Positions 37,501-47,682 of a stretch of DNA of 64,000 bases are shown here, piece after piece. Made by a program: the position numbers and the translations under genes. Where the stretch lies: positions 64,001-128,000 of the forward strand of contig JAEOTO010000006.1 in assembly GCA_016839805.1 (NCBI GenBank), written 5' to 3'. The notes under the pieces are model-generated. The model had not been told where the DNA came from. It searched no databases and worked only from the letters and a program-made list of their open reading frames with translations. Origin of the DNA: Candidatus Hermodarchaeota archaeon. Lineage in GTDB: Archaea > Asgardarchaeota > Hermodarchaeia > Hermodarchaeales > Hermodarchaeaceae. How positions within the stretch are numbered: the first letter of the stretch is position 1; every line of letters starts with the position of its first letter.

Positions 37501-39909
37501 TTTCCGGGTCTGTGATAACGCCGAGTCTGACTGTTTCTGAAATTGAGTATTTTGTGTTGTTATGAAATCTTGAATTGTTGCTGTGATGGCATTCAGCTGT
37601 GCCCCCAAGGCTTTGGTCAGTGAAGTATTGATAATTTCAAGCTGTTTGGGTGTAACATGTTCATTGAGAGTGGATTTCGCGGTAGTCATTGCCTGAGTTT
37701 CGAGGATTGCCTGATTTTCATCAATTGTGTTTTGATACTTGTTTAATGCAGCCAGAGCATATTCAGGTATTACCTCTTGAAGTGAGATTGCTAAACCAGT
37801 AATTATTTTCTGATCTCTTTTTATTAGTTGGGTCGAGTGTGACCTAAGTGCTCGATTAACTGCGTTATTCCGCTTTTTCTGAATTTTTTTGCTTGACAGC
37901 GAATAACCTGTGGTTGCTGTATTGATCTTGATTGCCTGCTCTTCTCGCAGTCGATCCGCTGTGTTTTCTATGCCTTCAGAATATTGTTTAATGATGTTTT
38001 GAAGTTGAGTGAATTCCTGGCGTAATTCCGAGCTTGTTTCCTTAGTCATCTTCTTCAAAGCGGCTTGGAATGCCTGTAATTGTCTCTCAATATCCTTCTG
38101 ACGCTTAGTAGCTTTCGCGATATTTTCTTGTGCAGCTTGTTTTACTGAGTCTCTAGTACGATTAATCCGCTCTTCAGCATATTGACCGATTTGCTCTTCC
38201 GTAGTTGCTAACGTATTTAGCACAATACCAATTTGTTGTTTAAGCAGATTTTCGGTCCGTTTACAAAAGGTACGTGTTTGTTCTTCTTGGAGGGCGATTT
38301 TGGATTGGAAATCAGAAAGAAAGGCGTTTGCAGTGTTTAGGATAGTAGTTAATCGTCTTTTCAGACGTGTTCCAACTTGGTTGGCTATGGACTCAAAATT
38401 TCCAGGCAGGGTGGTCTTTTGTTTTTTGAGATCTTTAATGAGCGTTTGGCTGAGAGTATTTAATTCGAGCAGTTGGGCGAGATATGTATCCCGCATTTCA
38501 ACTCCCAGTCCCTCACTGGCGGCTTCGAGAAGGCGCTCGTGATCGGTTTTAACTTGTTCTGTAAGTGTGTTCAAATCGGATTGAATTTTAGAAAACTGTG
38601 AAAAAGGTAAAGCCGTCGGAGGCCACTGTGAGATGGTACTTTCAACCTCTTTTTGTAACCGCTTATATTCCTGGCTACCTGTTTCAAGGGACTTTTGTAG
38701 ATCTTGGATGAGGGTTTCGGTAATTTGGGTTAAATTTTCACGTGCAACTTTTATTATTGAATCCATATCAGCTGCAATTTTGTCACTGTTCTTTTGCTGT
38801 CGCCGGGTCTCTTTCTGAAGGAGCTTCTCAATGCGAGATAACATTTCATCTATGGATTGCGTTCGTTGTGTCCAGGTTTCACGAATTTGTGATTTGGCGT
38901 CCTTATTCTGTTTAAAGAGAATTTGTTTGATTTCCTTTTGAAGTGTGTTGATATCCTCTTGCGTTTCTTGAGTGAAAGTTTCGAGGTTGGTGTTAATGGT
39001 GGCGGTTGTCTCTTCGGCAATTTCTGAGATTCCTTCTTTTTCTGATGTAATTTCAGTTGTTAGGGTTTTAACACTTGAATCGATGTTTCGCTTTTGTAAA
39101 GAATTCGCCTCTTCAAGATGTGTTTTAATCTGCTGTGTAAGTGTGTCTGACTGATCAAGTAAACGACCGGCAATTGTTGTTAACCATTGTTCAGCTTCTT
39201 CTTCATGAGCCTCTAGCCCCTTGTTTACATCTGCTAAGGCAAGATTCTGAGTCTCATCTATTTGGCTAACTCCTTCTGCAATAGACTTTTTGAGTGATTG
39301 TTGAAGAGTAGTGATCGACTTAGAAAATCCATCTACAGTTGAAGTGGATAGGTTAGTCAAAGATTTCTGCAAATTCTCAGCGACGTTATTCAATACAATA
39401 TTCGTCGCCATGGCTGCCTCACTTAGGGCTATTCCCTGCCGCTCTAGATTGTCTACAGCCGTTTTAGTCTGTCTAGTCATTGATTGTAGTTCATGATGAA
39501 TTTTATCCATTGTCTTATTCTGAAGTTTTTGCAGTTCCTTCCAAGAGGCTTGAGTCTCTTTTGTGAAGGCTTTTACTTCAGCAGATAATTCCCTGTAGGG
39601 TGCATAGGCCTGGTATCGAGTTACAACACCGGGTAAGGGTTTCACGAGCTCTCTTTTCTTCAGCATTTCAAGGACAGTCTGAACCTTTACAAAAGTAACA
39701 CCTGAATACCGACTAATTTCATCAGGAGTTAATTGCCTCATAACCAGCAAAGCGATATAAACACGACTCTGAGACTCGGTGAGCTTAAACCGAGCCCGAA
39801 CTGCTTTGAATAGATCTGGGGAAATCTCAAAAGCCGTAGGACCTTGGAGAGGGGCAAATTCTCCGCTTTTAGAAGTGGGGGGTTTGGAATCATCTTTTTG
39901 TGGTGTCAT
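34531..39909 (-). CDS. Giant TrmB-like protein: wHTH + about 1550-aa helical rod + C-terminal TrmB effector-like domain
   Basis: LTESQSRVYIALL..QLTPDEISRYSGV...RYQAYAP; Q/T/E/L-rich helical middle; WRIVS.EGIQNHL.DM...V.NTITLVYP. Confidence 0.85.
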   Translation of the reverse strand: MTPQKDDSKPPTSKSGEFAPLQGPTAFEISPDLFKAVRARFKLTESQSRVYIALLVMRQLTPDEISRYSGVTFVKVQTVLEMLKKRELVKPLPGVVTRYQAYAPYRELSAEVKAFTKETQASWKELQKLQNKTMDKIHHELQSMTRQTKTAVDNLERQGIALSEAAMATNIVLNNVAENLQKSLTNLSTSTVDGFSKSITTLQQSLKKSIAEGVSQIDETQNLALADVNKGLEAHEEEAEQWLTTIAGRLLDQSDTLTQQIKTHLEEANSLQKRNIDSSVKTLTTEITSEKEGISEIAEETTATINTNLETFTQETQEDINTLQKEIKQILFKQNKDAKSQIRETWTQRTQSIDEMLSRIEKLLQKETRRQQKNSDKIAADMDSIIKVARENLTQITETLIQDLQKSLETGSQEYKRLQKEVESTISQWPPTALPFSQFSKIQSDLNTLTEQVKTDHERLLEAASEGLGVEMRDTYLAQLLELNTLSQTLIKDLKKQKTTLPGNFESIANQVGTRLKRRLTTILNTANAFLSDFQSKIALQEEQTRTFCKRTENLLKQQIGIVLNTLATTEEQIGQYAEERINRTRDSVKQAAQENIAKATKRQKDIERQLQAFQAALKKMTKETSSELRQEFTQLQNIIKQYSEGIENTADRLREEQAIKINTATTGYSLSSKKIQKKRNNAVNRALRSHSTQLIKRDQKIITGLAISLQEVIPEYALAALNKYQNTIDENQAILETQAMTTAKSTLNEHVTPKQLEIINTSLTKALGAQLNAITATIQDFITTQNTQFQKQSDSALSQTRKEVTKIQNQQTIQIKDQFEKEFKTQINAIFRNCKARLTRQTNRESQIDELFQATTSQILKLPTTLKRESKVVRTKIRQELETILIEFGKQLKNQTLRDKQITAILKSTQDKLTQFPQELLSKTLAQNLNSQVNNFESSLMKFQSLLGNKLKAYGESINTETQSFHKKLLKVNYAKGLETALSKILKNATSSAIKTYQDTLIINREELENQAQSAFQTILENRLQNQLQRTLQEYLTTEAPEIKPLLDKFKTKLNETIDIYDNEAKTLVDKHWLPLTQIIDEYTNTVVSNLNALSTASGTAVDQATVNVTTSLTNYSDDANNLLTATAQAFDREKTGFNEQIIQGINEMQEDCLAQLQETQTLLEVLGNDITAQKNTSSQKMETMTGKIESLTLANLAAIRETADSFVESLQRELEEQEERVENLRKSIHDMILQQSTNVIDTLTGIQTKLEEFTQNQIPKAQNIIEEIGLTCAEKIDEQRAAIDKHLDTYTNALSEETENYITNLQEEIVQLQTVASKLVEKVKLTGATIDTELQQAIEVNRVQKLTAIDEMQNSLSKEVTTTFQNFVEYINTSQTKLLSTLTQEAEEGKEALDLSNTQIDTALDEILDQTEFKSTEINQNLQTSLTSKTGTFATQIQTNLSSISDKVNTTSEQLIQKLTSMFTDSQTELNRILSETSQVIEEDNLKARTGFGQEIEKTLQSFKQTIDLTKTRLIRAIQDSLRHIRETMHTFEESASIDVQQKNETLIATTKQIIDTAKESLVTQTQQTGRRISQTLSKERQTLKTEYQTLAKEITTRAKTAETTSINTLQLFSQKTEPILDRLRNQATSTENILTGLWETLLSLEPSEAERTWRIVSCEGIQNHLLDMFRRVSNTITLVYPSFDEVPVVELSKVQPQTRIHVITTLDGEKQRTNARKLLQQGNIRIWNNPNMEFYGGSRDGEEVLIAPTYGNQGETVAVVSDQPSYIALFNQTLGPRWISASEEILLRK

Positions 39910-40028
39910 ATCTCTTCACCAATCCAATCTCACGGTTACTTACGTAGGATTATTTTGGACTTGACTGCTGCGACGCTAATGTTTCTCTTCACCAGCTATA
40001 AGGGTGCCGCGTCGAAAGTCAAAGGAAT

Positions 40029-41192
40029 CTAGAATTTTTCCTTGAGTAGTTGCTCTTGGGCTGCTAAAACACCAGAACCGATTGGCACCTCATATCCTAA
40101 GCGTTTCAATACAATTTCGATGATTGCTATAGTTGCAAGCACGTCGCGTTCAGTACAGACGTTCATATGGTTTGTTCGCCAAATCTTCCCTTTCACTGGT
40201 CCTTGTCCACCAGCAATTAGGATTCCTAAATTGCGTACTTGCGCCCGAAATTCTTTGTCAGTAATCCCTGAAGGATATTTAACAGCAGTAACGGTATTCG
40301 AATAATGAGCTGGGTCTGCTAACAAATCCAGACCCATACCTAGATAACCTGCACGAGTGATTCGTCCAAGTCGATGATGTCGCTCAATTCGCTGCTCATA
40401 ACCTTCTTCAAACATGATTATTAAGGATTCACGTAAGCCATACATAAGGCTGACAGCAGAGGTGAAGGGGGAATCTCCAAATCCGTCATAGCGTTTCTTA
40501 GCTTTAAGTAAATCAAGATAATAGGTTGGATTACGTTGTTTACGGGTTTCTATCTTCTTCCACGCCCGAGATCCGACCCAAATCATACCCAGTCCTGGTG
40601 GCACTCCAAGACATTTTTGACTGCCTGTAACAAGCATATCGAAGTTCCACTTATCAGGATATACGTAATCTCCTCCAACGGACGTGATACCGTCCACAAT
40701 AAAAAGCCGATCATAATCTCGGACGATTTGTCCAATTTCCTTGGCAGGATTAAGGACTCCTGTTGATGTTTCATTATGGCAGATAGTTACGGCGCGGATA
40801 CTCTGATCGGATGCCAATGATTCACGTATGGCGTCAGGTTCTGCTGCTTGACCATAAGCAAATTCTTGCACCAAAGATTGTGCACCAAATGCTGTGGTGA
40901 GTTCCGACCAACGTTCACTAAACTTGCCATTAACCACATTTAGGACTTTTTCACCAGGTTCAATAGCGTTTGCTGTTGCTGCTTCCATTGCTGCTGTTCC
41001 TGAGCCAGCGAAAATCAAGACGTCTTGTTCGGTATGAAGTAATCGTTGTAAGAGGGCAACCGTTTCTTTATACGTAGTCTGGTACTCCTTGGTTCTATGA
41101 CCATATAATACTCGGGACATAGCCCGGTATACTCGTGGGTGAACTGGAACAGGTCCAGGAATCATCAACGTCGTGAGCTCTTCATCGTACAT
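40029..41192 (-). CDS. Class V aminotransferase (serine-pyruvate/alanine-glyoxylate family)
   Basis: MIPGPV, GSGTAAMEA, HNETSTG, VDGITS, GSQKCLGVPPG. Confidence 0.93.
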   Translation of the reverse strand: MYDEELTTLMIPGPVPVHPRVYRAMSRVLYGHRTKEYQTTYKETVALLQRLLHTEQDVLIFAGSGTAAMEAATANAIEPGEKVLNVVNGKFSERWSELTTAFGAQSLVQEFAYGQAAEPDAIRESLASDQSIRAVTICHNETSTGVLNPAKEIGQIVRDYDRLFIVDGITSVGGDYVYPDKWNFDMLVTGSQKCLGVPPGLGMIWVGSRAWKKIETRKQRNPTYYLDLLKAKKRYDGFGDSPFTSAVSLMYGLRESLIIMFEEGYEQRIERHHRLGRITRAGYLGMGLDLLADPAHYSNTVTAVKYPSGITDKEFRAQVRNLGILIAGGQGPVKGKIWRTNHMNVCTERDVLATIAIIEIVLKRLGYEVPIGSGVLAAQEQLLKEKF

Positions 41193-41298
41193 GCTTAAAC
41201 AGCACCAATTCGTTTTAATGCCCCAGCAGAACTAACAACGCTATAAGCCTTTGCGTCAGGAAAACGTCCCGAAATATAAGATTCTATCGAACTAGAAA

Positions 41299-42957
41299 TT
41301 ACGCCGGGAAGTGTCGGTACTTCAAGTACGATAAAGCTTCATAGAAGTATTTTCCACCAAAAATACCACTCGTTTTGAGTCCCCCAAGGTGTGGATAAAA
41401 GGTATCGAAGTGAAGATGATCTGTATTAATTGCTACACCCGGTGCCTCGATTTCATCAAAAAAGCGTTGCCAAATTTCAGGATTTTCACTGTAAACAGAA
41501 GTCCGCATCCCATAAGGAGAGTTATTAGCTTGGTTAATAGCCTGATCAAATGAATGAACCTTCATAATGGGCAAGACCGGACCAAAAGTCTCTTGATACC
41601 ACATTTGGCAATCAAGAGGAACCTCACTTAGAACGGTTGGCTTGAAAAACAATCCCGCATCATCACGTTCACCATGAACGTTGATACGGTATCCACCGGA
41701 TTCAATTTTTGCTCCTTTTCTCACTGCCTCCTTTGTCATATCAATTATTTGATACAGCGCTCGGCTACCCATGATTGGAAGATCTGTCTCTGGATCTACT
41801 GGAACTCCGGGTTTCAATTTTTCACTCTGTTCAACTAATGCAAGAATGAAATCATTATAAATGGCCTCATGAAGAAAAAGTCGTTTTGCAGCCAGGCAAA
41901 TCTGTCCGGAACCAAAGAAGCGGGCATGACTAACGAAAGCTGCAACTTTCTCAATATTCACATCCTTCCAAACTAGGCTCGCTCCACTTCCAGCGAGTTC
42001 AGGTACGAAGTGTTTTCCTTGTCTTATCGCTTGAGCCATTAGCTCTAGACCAATTTTCGAATCACCGTAATATGTCATTGCATTAAGCGGCGATTCATTG
42101 ACCATATAATTTGCTATGGGTCGGGCAGGACCGATCACTGCTTGGAAAGCACTAATTGGAAAATCTAGAGAGTCCATAGCATCTCGAAGAACATATGCTA
42201 ATTCCATGTTGGTGAGGGGCATTCGAGTCGGTGTACGTGTTACGTTAGCATTTCCAGCATAATATGAACTGAGAATCGCTGTAAATCCTAGACCTAAAGC
42301 AGCATTATAAGGTGGGAAAATACCAACTGCGCCAAAAGGGTATCTAGTCAAAATAGTCCTTTCCCCCTCAACAGAACACAGTATTTCCTTATGCTCTAAA
42401 CGCTCTGTAATAAAATCCGCCTTTTCTTTACACAGAGTATCAAACGCTTTCTTGGTCTGCCAATCGAAGAGCTTCACAGGCGTTCCCTCCGCGATAGCAA
42501 TTTTCTTAAATTCGTCATAATGGTTCCACATGAAATCGCTCAAAGAAAGAATGCTTTTCATTCGATCTCCGAGCGTCAACCCTTTTCCATTTTCGAATAA
42601 TTCGCGATGCATTAAATGACGAATTTTCGCCGCTTCTTCACACGCGATAGCTGCTTCTTTCACTCCACCAATAGCATATTCAGCAAAAATTAGTTCATCC
42701 ATTTCATCCTTTGTCGCTTCCGGAAATCCATGTACTCGAATATAATCCTTCAATAAACGTATTTCCGGTGATTTTTCAGGTAAACCACGAGTGAAGTATC
42801 GTGCAGCAAACCGTCTAAGGGAACCCTGTCCACGCAATGCCATGGCAAATAGAATTCGTGGATTATTGATCGCTTCATTCATGTCTGGAAATATGCCAGT
42901 TCGTCCCTGTTGGGGTTGTGTAATTTTACCTTTAATTAGATGCCCGAAGAACCGCAT
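41299..42957 (-). CDS. Aldehyde dehydrogenase family protein with N-terminal extension
   Basis: PYN, ELAG, catalytic GQIC, ETFGP, ANNSPYG. Confidence 0.88.
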   Translation of the reverse strand: MRFFGHLIKGKITQPQQGRTGIFPDMNEAINNPRILFAMALRGQGSLRRFAARYFTRGLPEKSPEIRLLKDYIRVHGFPEATKDEMDELIFAEYAIGGVKEAAIACEEAAKIRHLMHRELFENGKGLTLGDRMKSILSLSDFMWNHYDEFKKIAIAEGTPVKLFDWQTKKAFDTLCKEKADFITERLEHKEILCSVEGERTILTRYPFGAVGIFPPYNAALGLGFTAILSSYYAGNANVTRTPTRMPLTNMELAYVLRDAMDSLDFPISAFQAVIGPARPIANYMVNESPLNAMTYYGDSKIGLELMAQAIRQGKHFVPELAGSGASLVWKDVNIEKVAAFVSHARFFGSGQICLAAKRLFLHEAIYNDFILALVEQSEKLKPGVPVDPETDLPIMGSRALYQIIDMTKEAVRKGAKIESGGYRINVHGERDDAGLFFKPTVLSEVPLDCQMWYQETFGPVLPIMKVHSFDQAINQANNSPYGMRTSVYSENPEIWQRFFDEIEAPGVAINTDHLHFDTFYPHLGGLKTSGIFGGKYFYEALSYLKYRHFPA

Positions 42958-43141
42958 CGTCTATCACTTCAATTTAATAGTGTTTTTTCTGGTATCTTTG
43001 ATGTGTTTAAGGGCACTTACTCTTATGCGTATCACTTGGTCAAACACTCTATTCTGATAAAAATCACTAAATTATAGAACAAGATCAATCTCTAAAGTCT
43101 AAGGGACGCTTCAACTAGACTCCTCGGGTGGAAAATAAGCG

Positions 43142-45172
43142 ATGACTCTCATTAATGATGATGAATTAATCTATACACAAGATGAACTCACCTTCCGCCG
43201 GCAAATTCGCGAATTTGTAGAGCGTGAGATTAAGCCGATGAAGCTCAAGATTGAAACACGCGATTTTAACCATCGGTCCTTTTTCAAGAAACTTGCAGCC
43301 GCTGGATTGTCTGGGTTACTCATCCCAGAAGCGTATGGCGGTTCAAACAAACCCTTTATGTATCAACTTATTGCAGGTGAAGAACTCTCGACAGTGTCTC
43401 CCTCTGCAACGATGATGTTTGGGGCCAGCTGCACTCTAAGTGCGATACCCATCTTAAGATTCGGCACCGAGGAACAAAAAAAGAAATACCTTGCTCCATT
43501 AGCCAAAGGGGATAAAATCGGGGCTCTAGCTATCACGGAACCCTCTGTGGGGAGCGATACAGCTGGTATGGAAACTAATGCAGTCTGGAATAGTAAAGAC
43601 CAATGCTGGGTACTCAATGGTGAAAAACGTTACATTACTAATGGGAGTATTGCTGACCAAATTGTTGTCTTCGCGATAACAGATCTCACAGTAGATAGTA
43701 AAAGTGGGATGTCTGCGTTTATCATTGAAACCTCATGGAAAGGATTCTCTGTTGAACGCGATTTCTCATTAATGGGGCGCGGTGGAGTTCACGCTTCTCA
43801 TATTAAATTTAGAAATATGAAAGTGCCCAAAAACAATCTGTTAGGAAAAGTCAACCAAGGTTTTCTAATTTTAATGGATGAATTAGATTCTGAACGAATT
43901 GGCATTGCCGCAGAAGCATTAGGATGCATGCGACCATCATTTGAAATTGCAGTTGACTATTCACAGCAACGCATTCAGTTTGATCAACCCATTTCTAGGT
44001 TTGAAGGTGTATCATTCAAAATCGCCGATATGGCTACCAAGATGCGTGCCGCCCGACTACTCGTAGTGACCGCAGCACGAATGATGGACAAAGGGCTTCC
44101 TTGTACCAAAGAAGCGACAATGGCGAAACTTTATGCAACTGAAGCATCAGTCGAAGTCTGTGATTTAGCCATTCAAATCTGCGGAGGGGCAGGTTATGTC
44201 AAAGACTTCTTCCCTCTCGAACAATTTTACCGCGACGCCCGACTAGGCACCATCGGCGGTGGCACATCAGAAATCATGCGCTTCCTCATCCAACGAGAGG
44301 TCTACATTGAACATAAAAGAGCCAAAGCCCAAGAGCACACTCTACCAGATATCGAAACTATTGATTTCGATATGCTCATGACCGCTATCCCCAATGGATT
44401 CCGACCCGAACGCGCAGAAGGCATAACAGCCCAGATTCAATTTCTCTTCACCAACGAGGATACCTGGTTGCTTTCAATCAAAGACCAAAAATGTACAATC
44501 ACCAAGAAACGGATCAAGCAGCCTACGATGACCATAGAAACCGATTCAACAACATGGAAACGCATTCTACTGGGTCGGCTCGATGCCATGCAAGCAATGA
44601 CGGCAAAAAAAGTCACTATTGATACCGATAACATGGACTTACTCCTCAGATTCGCTCGAATGTTTCGCTTCACTTCCGAAATTCTAACGGGGTATCAAAT
44701 TACCCATGAACCTTCTAGGAAGACACCAATCAAAGACGCTCCCAAATTTCAACTCGGTAAAAGCCTTGACGAAATCAAAATAGGTGAAACCGCCAAAGGT
44801 TCCATGAAGGTAACCGAAGACCACATTCAGTGGTATGCAAAAATGTCTGGCGATTATAATCCCCTACACATGGATGACGAGTATGCCGCAACAACTATCT
44901 TTGGCCGTCGCATCGCCCATGGTCCCATTGGGGGAGCCTTAGTCGCTCGAGTAATTGGAATGCAATTACCGGGACTAGGCACTTTAGCCTTCAATATGAA
45001 GGTGACATTCACAGCCCCTGTTTACCCCGATGATGAACTCACTGCAACCATTGAAGCAACTGAAAAAGTACCTGAGAAGAACCTCCTTCGGCTTAGCTTC
45101 ACCGTTGAAAATCAAGAGGGACAAGAAGTTATGAATGGTTATGCCAACGTTCTTCCTCCAATTAATAAATGA
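43142..45172 (+). CDS. Acyl-CoA dehydrogenase-SCP2-MaoC hydratase triple fusion
   Basis: AITEPSVGSD, GEKRYITNG, GGTSEI; SCP2 region (FRPERAEG...LDAMQAM); MaoC SGDYNPLHMD...IAHG. Confidence 0.92.
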   Translation: MTLINDDELIYTQDELTFRRQIREFVEREIKPMKLKIETRDFNHRSFFKKLAAAGLSGLLIPEAYGGSNKPFMYQLIAGEELSTVSPSATMMFGASCTLSAIPILRFGTEEQKKKYLAPLAKGDKIGALAITEPSVGSDTAGMETNAVWNSKDQCWVLNGEKRYITNGSIADQIVVFAITDLTVDSKSGMSAFIIETSWKGFSVERDFSLMGRGGVHASHIKFRNMKVPKNNLLGKVNQGFLILMDELDSERIGIAAEALGCMRPSFEIAVDYSQQRIQFDQPISRFEGVSFKIADMATKMRAARLLVVTAARMMDKGLPCTKEATMAKLYATEASVEVCDLAIQICGGAGYVKDFFPLEQFYRDARLGTIGGGTSEIMRFLIQREVYIEHKRAKAQEHTLPDIETIDFDMLMTAIPNGFRPERAEGITAQIQFLFTNEDTWLLSIKDQKCTITKKRIKQPTMTIETDSTTWKRILLGRLDAMQAMTAKKVTIDTDNMDLLLRFARMFRFTSEILTGYQITHEPSRKTPIKDAPKFQLGKSLDEIKIGETAKGSMKVTEDHIQWYAKMSGDYNPLHMDDEYAATTIFGRRIAHGPIGGALVARVIGMQLPGLGTLAFNMKVTFTAPVYPDDELTATIEATEKVPEKNLLRLSFTVENQEGQEVMNGYANVLPPINK

Positions 45173-45324
45173 GAAAGGAAGGGAGCTAGAATTCACAAAT
45201 TCTCCTCAAGATCCAATACGCCTTATTCCTAGATTCTTCCTTTACCTCATCTTTTGCAATGTTTTATCAAGGTAAACTCTAATAGCAATCAAAACGATTG
45301 TGATAATAGTTCGGTGCACAATTC

Positions 45325-46398
45325 ATGCCAAAATCCTCAAATTCTAACGAAATCAAGCCGACTTCAACAAAACCAGAGATCTCAGCAGTATCTCAAGAGA
45401 ATAGTGCCACTAATACCCTCACAGTTTCGGAAGGTCTTTCAGAAAATGGAGAACTCTCAACCAGGTTAGAAATGATAAAGCAAGAAATCCAGCAATATTT
45501 GGAAACAGACAAAGGTCAACCATTAGTTCTCTATGAAGCAGCTCATCATTTAATTCAGGGAGGTGGCAAGCATATTCGGTCACTACTAACTCTTCTCTGT
45601 TGTGAAGCTGTTAATGGCGACATCGATAAGGCGTTAAAAGCCGCTTTAGCTGCCGAATTACTACAAACAGCCAGCCTAATTCATGATGACATAATTGATG
45701 ATGATCAATATCGTCGAGGGGTTCAATCTGTGCACCGACAATATGGGCGAGACATCGCCCTACTAGCTGGTGACCTGTTAATCGCTCAAGCTGTTCGAGT
45801 AATAGCTGAAATTGGAGTACCTGAACTCGTCGTACAAATGGCGATTGGTGGAGTAAGGATGTGTGAAGGGGAGGCTGCAGATCTCAATATGAATGCGGCA
45901 GATCAAATCACTTTCACTGAAAACCACTATTTACGCATGGTTGAGAACAAAACTGTTGCTTTCATGAAGCAAGCTGCGATAATTGGAGCTTTGGTTGGTG
46001 GTGCTACCACTTCCCAAATTCAAGCCCTCACCTCATACGCTGAAGGATTGGGCTATGTATTTCAACTCCGTGATGATATTCTTGATATCAAAACAACTCC
46101 AGAAATCGCTCAAAAGACGACACACTCAGATATTCGACTGAAACGCGGCAATCTTCCACTTATTCATGCCCTCGAAGTTGCACAAGAAGCTGAACGAAAA
46201 CGTTGTCTTGTAGCCTTAGAAGCAGGTGACTTTACTCCAGTTCTTGAGTTAATCAAAAAAACCAAATCTATTGATTACACTTTTGATGTAGCAAAAAAAT
46301 TCAATGAAAAAGCCATCAATATGCTTGGAGGGCAGGGATTCAGCAAAGAAGAATTATTGGTACAACTAGCTAATTATGCTCTTCTACGTAAACATTAA
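45325..46398 (+). CDS. Polyprenyl (geranylgeranyl) diphosphate synthase
   Basis: GGK.IR, FARM HDDIIDDD..RRG, KT, SARM FQLRDDILD. Confidence 0.93.
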   Translation: MPKSSNSNEIKPTSTKPEISAVSQENSATNTLTVSEGLSENGELSTRLEMIKQEIQQYLETDKGQPLVLYEAAHHLIQGGGKHIRSLLTLLCCEAVNGDIDKALKAALAAELLQTASLIHDDIIDDDQYRRGVQSVHRQYGRDIALLAGDLLIAQAVRVIAEIGVPELVVQMAIGGVRMCEGEAADLNMNAADQITFTENHYLRMVENKTVAFMKQAAIIGALVGGATTSQIQALTSYAEGLGYVFQLRDDILDIKTTPEIAQKTTHSDIRLKRGNLPLIHALEVAQEAERKRCLVALEAGDFTPVLELIKKTKSIDYTFDVAKKFNEKAINMLGGQGFSKEELLVQLANYALLRKH

Positions 46399-46450
46399 TT
46401 TTCCATAATTAGTTTCATTCATAGAGTCATCATTTCGGGAGCTCCTCGCG

Positions 46451-47659
46451 ATGGTTTATGACGTAATTATCGCAGGGTCAGGACCTGCTGGATCAATGGC
46501 TGCGTTTGTCTGTGCTAAAGCAGGTCTTGAAGTGCTCTTAATTGACAAGGTTCGATTTCCACGGAATAAACCCTGTGGGGGGGCTCTTTCCGTTCGATCT
46601 CAACAGGTCTTACAATCTGTAGGAATCTCCTTACCACCTGAAATCATTGATCAAGTAATTTCAGGAATTGAATTTATGGGACCAGATTTGAAACCCTTTG
46701 TGGCGCGTACTACTCAACCCCTTGCAAAGATTGTCAGGAGATCTCTTTTTGACGATTATCTAGCGAGGCAAGCAGCTGCCGCAGGAGCCCAATTTATTGA
46801 TAACTGTCCTGTGGTCCGACTTGAAACATCTACTGATGGAGTTGTGTGTCACACAAACCAAGGAAAATTTAGCGGCCAACTTCTCATTGGAGCAGATGGA
46901 GCGGCAAGTAGGGTTGCGCGCATAACAGGACTTCGTGGTCCGGAAAAATCAGATGAAATCGGCATAGCACTTGAGGTAGATGTTCCCTTATCAGACCAAG
47001 TCTGGAATACGTTTCTTAATCCATCGATTCTCGTTGTATGGATGCTTAACATCCCTTATGGTTATTTCTGGGCCTTTCCAAGAAAAATGAGTCTTTCATT
47101 GGGTCTTGGTGGTATGGCAACCGGGTTCAAAAATATGAGAAATTTACTAAAAGGGATTGCCCAAATGTTTACTACGCAAAAAGGATTACCATCTTTTGCT
47201 CTTCATGGCATTCGAGGGCATATGTTACCCCTCTTTAAACACCAAAGACCTATTACCTCGAACCGTGTGCTTCTTACAGGGGATGCAGCTGGATTTGTCG
47301 ATACATTCTCTGGACAAGGAATCTATTATGCCCTGGAAAGTGGCTTGCTCGCTGCCCAAGCAGTAATTAACGTTATTAAACAGAATCAAGATCCTAGCAA
47401 GTCGCTTGATCAGTATTCACAACTGGTGCAACTACGGTTTGGAGAAGAACTCCGCTGCAGCTATTCTGTTGCACGTTTTATCCATTCACGTGTCCATGGA
47501 TTTATACAGACAGGTCGACGTTTGAAATCTTTTGGCAAAGTCATTTTTGATTTAGCAAGTGGAAACACCGATTACTATCAAATAATTCATAATCCACTGC
47601 GTTTCAGTGTATCATTGTTCGTACATGAACTGCAACACCGAATACATCGACGGACATAA
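46451..47659 (+). CDS. Geranylgeranyl reductase family flavoprotein
   Basis: GSGPAG, RNKPCGG, GADG, GYFWAFP, GDAAG...GQGI. Confidence 0.92.
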   Translation: MVYDVIIAGSGPAGSMAAFVCAKAGLEVLLIDKVRFPRNKPCGGALSVRSQQVLQSVGISLPPEIIDQVISGIEFMGPDLKPFVARTTQPLAKIVRRSLFDDYLARQAAAAGAQFIDNCPVVRLETSTDGVVCHTNQGKFSGQLLIGADGAASRVARITGLRGPEKSDEIGIALEVDVPLSDQVWNTFLNPSILVVWMLNIPYGYFWAFPRKMSLSLGLGGMATGFKNMRNLLKGIAQMFTTQKGLPSFALHGIRGHMLPLFKHQRPITSNRVLLTGDAAGFVDTFSGQGIYYALESGLLAAQAVINVIKQNQDPSKSLDQYSQLVQLRFGEELRCSYSVARFIHSRVHGFIQTGRRLKSFGKVIFDLASGNTDYYQIIHNPLRFSVSLFVHELQHRIHRRT

Positions 47660-47682
47660 GTGAAGAAGTTCCAAACCATCTA

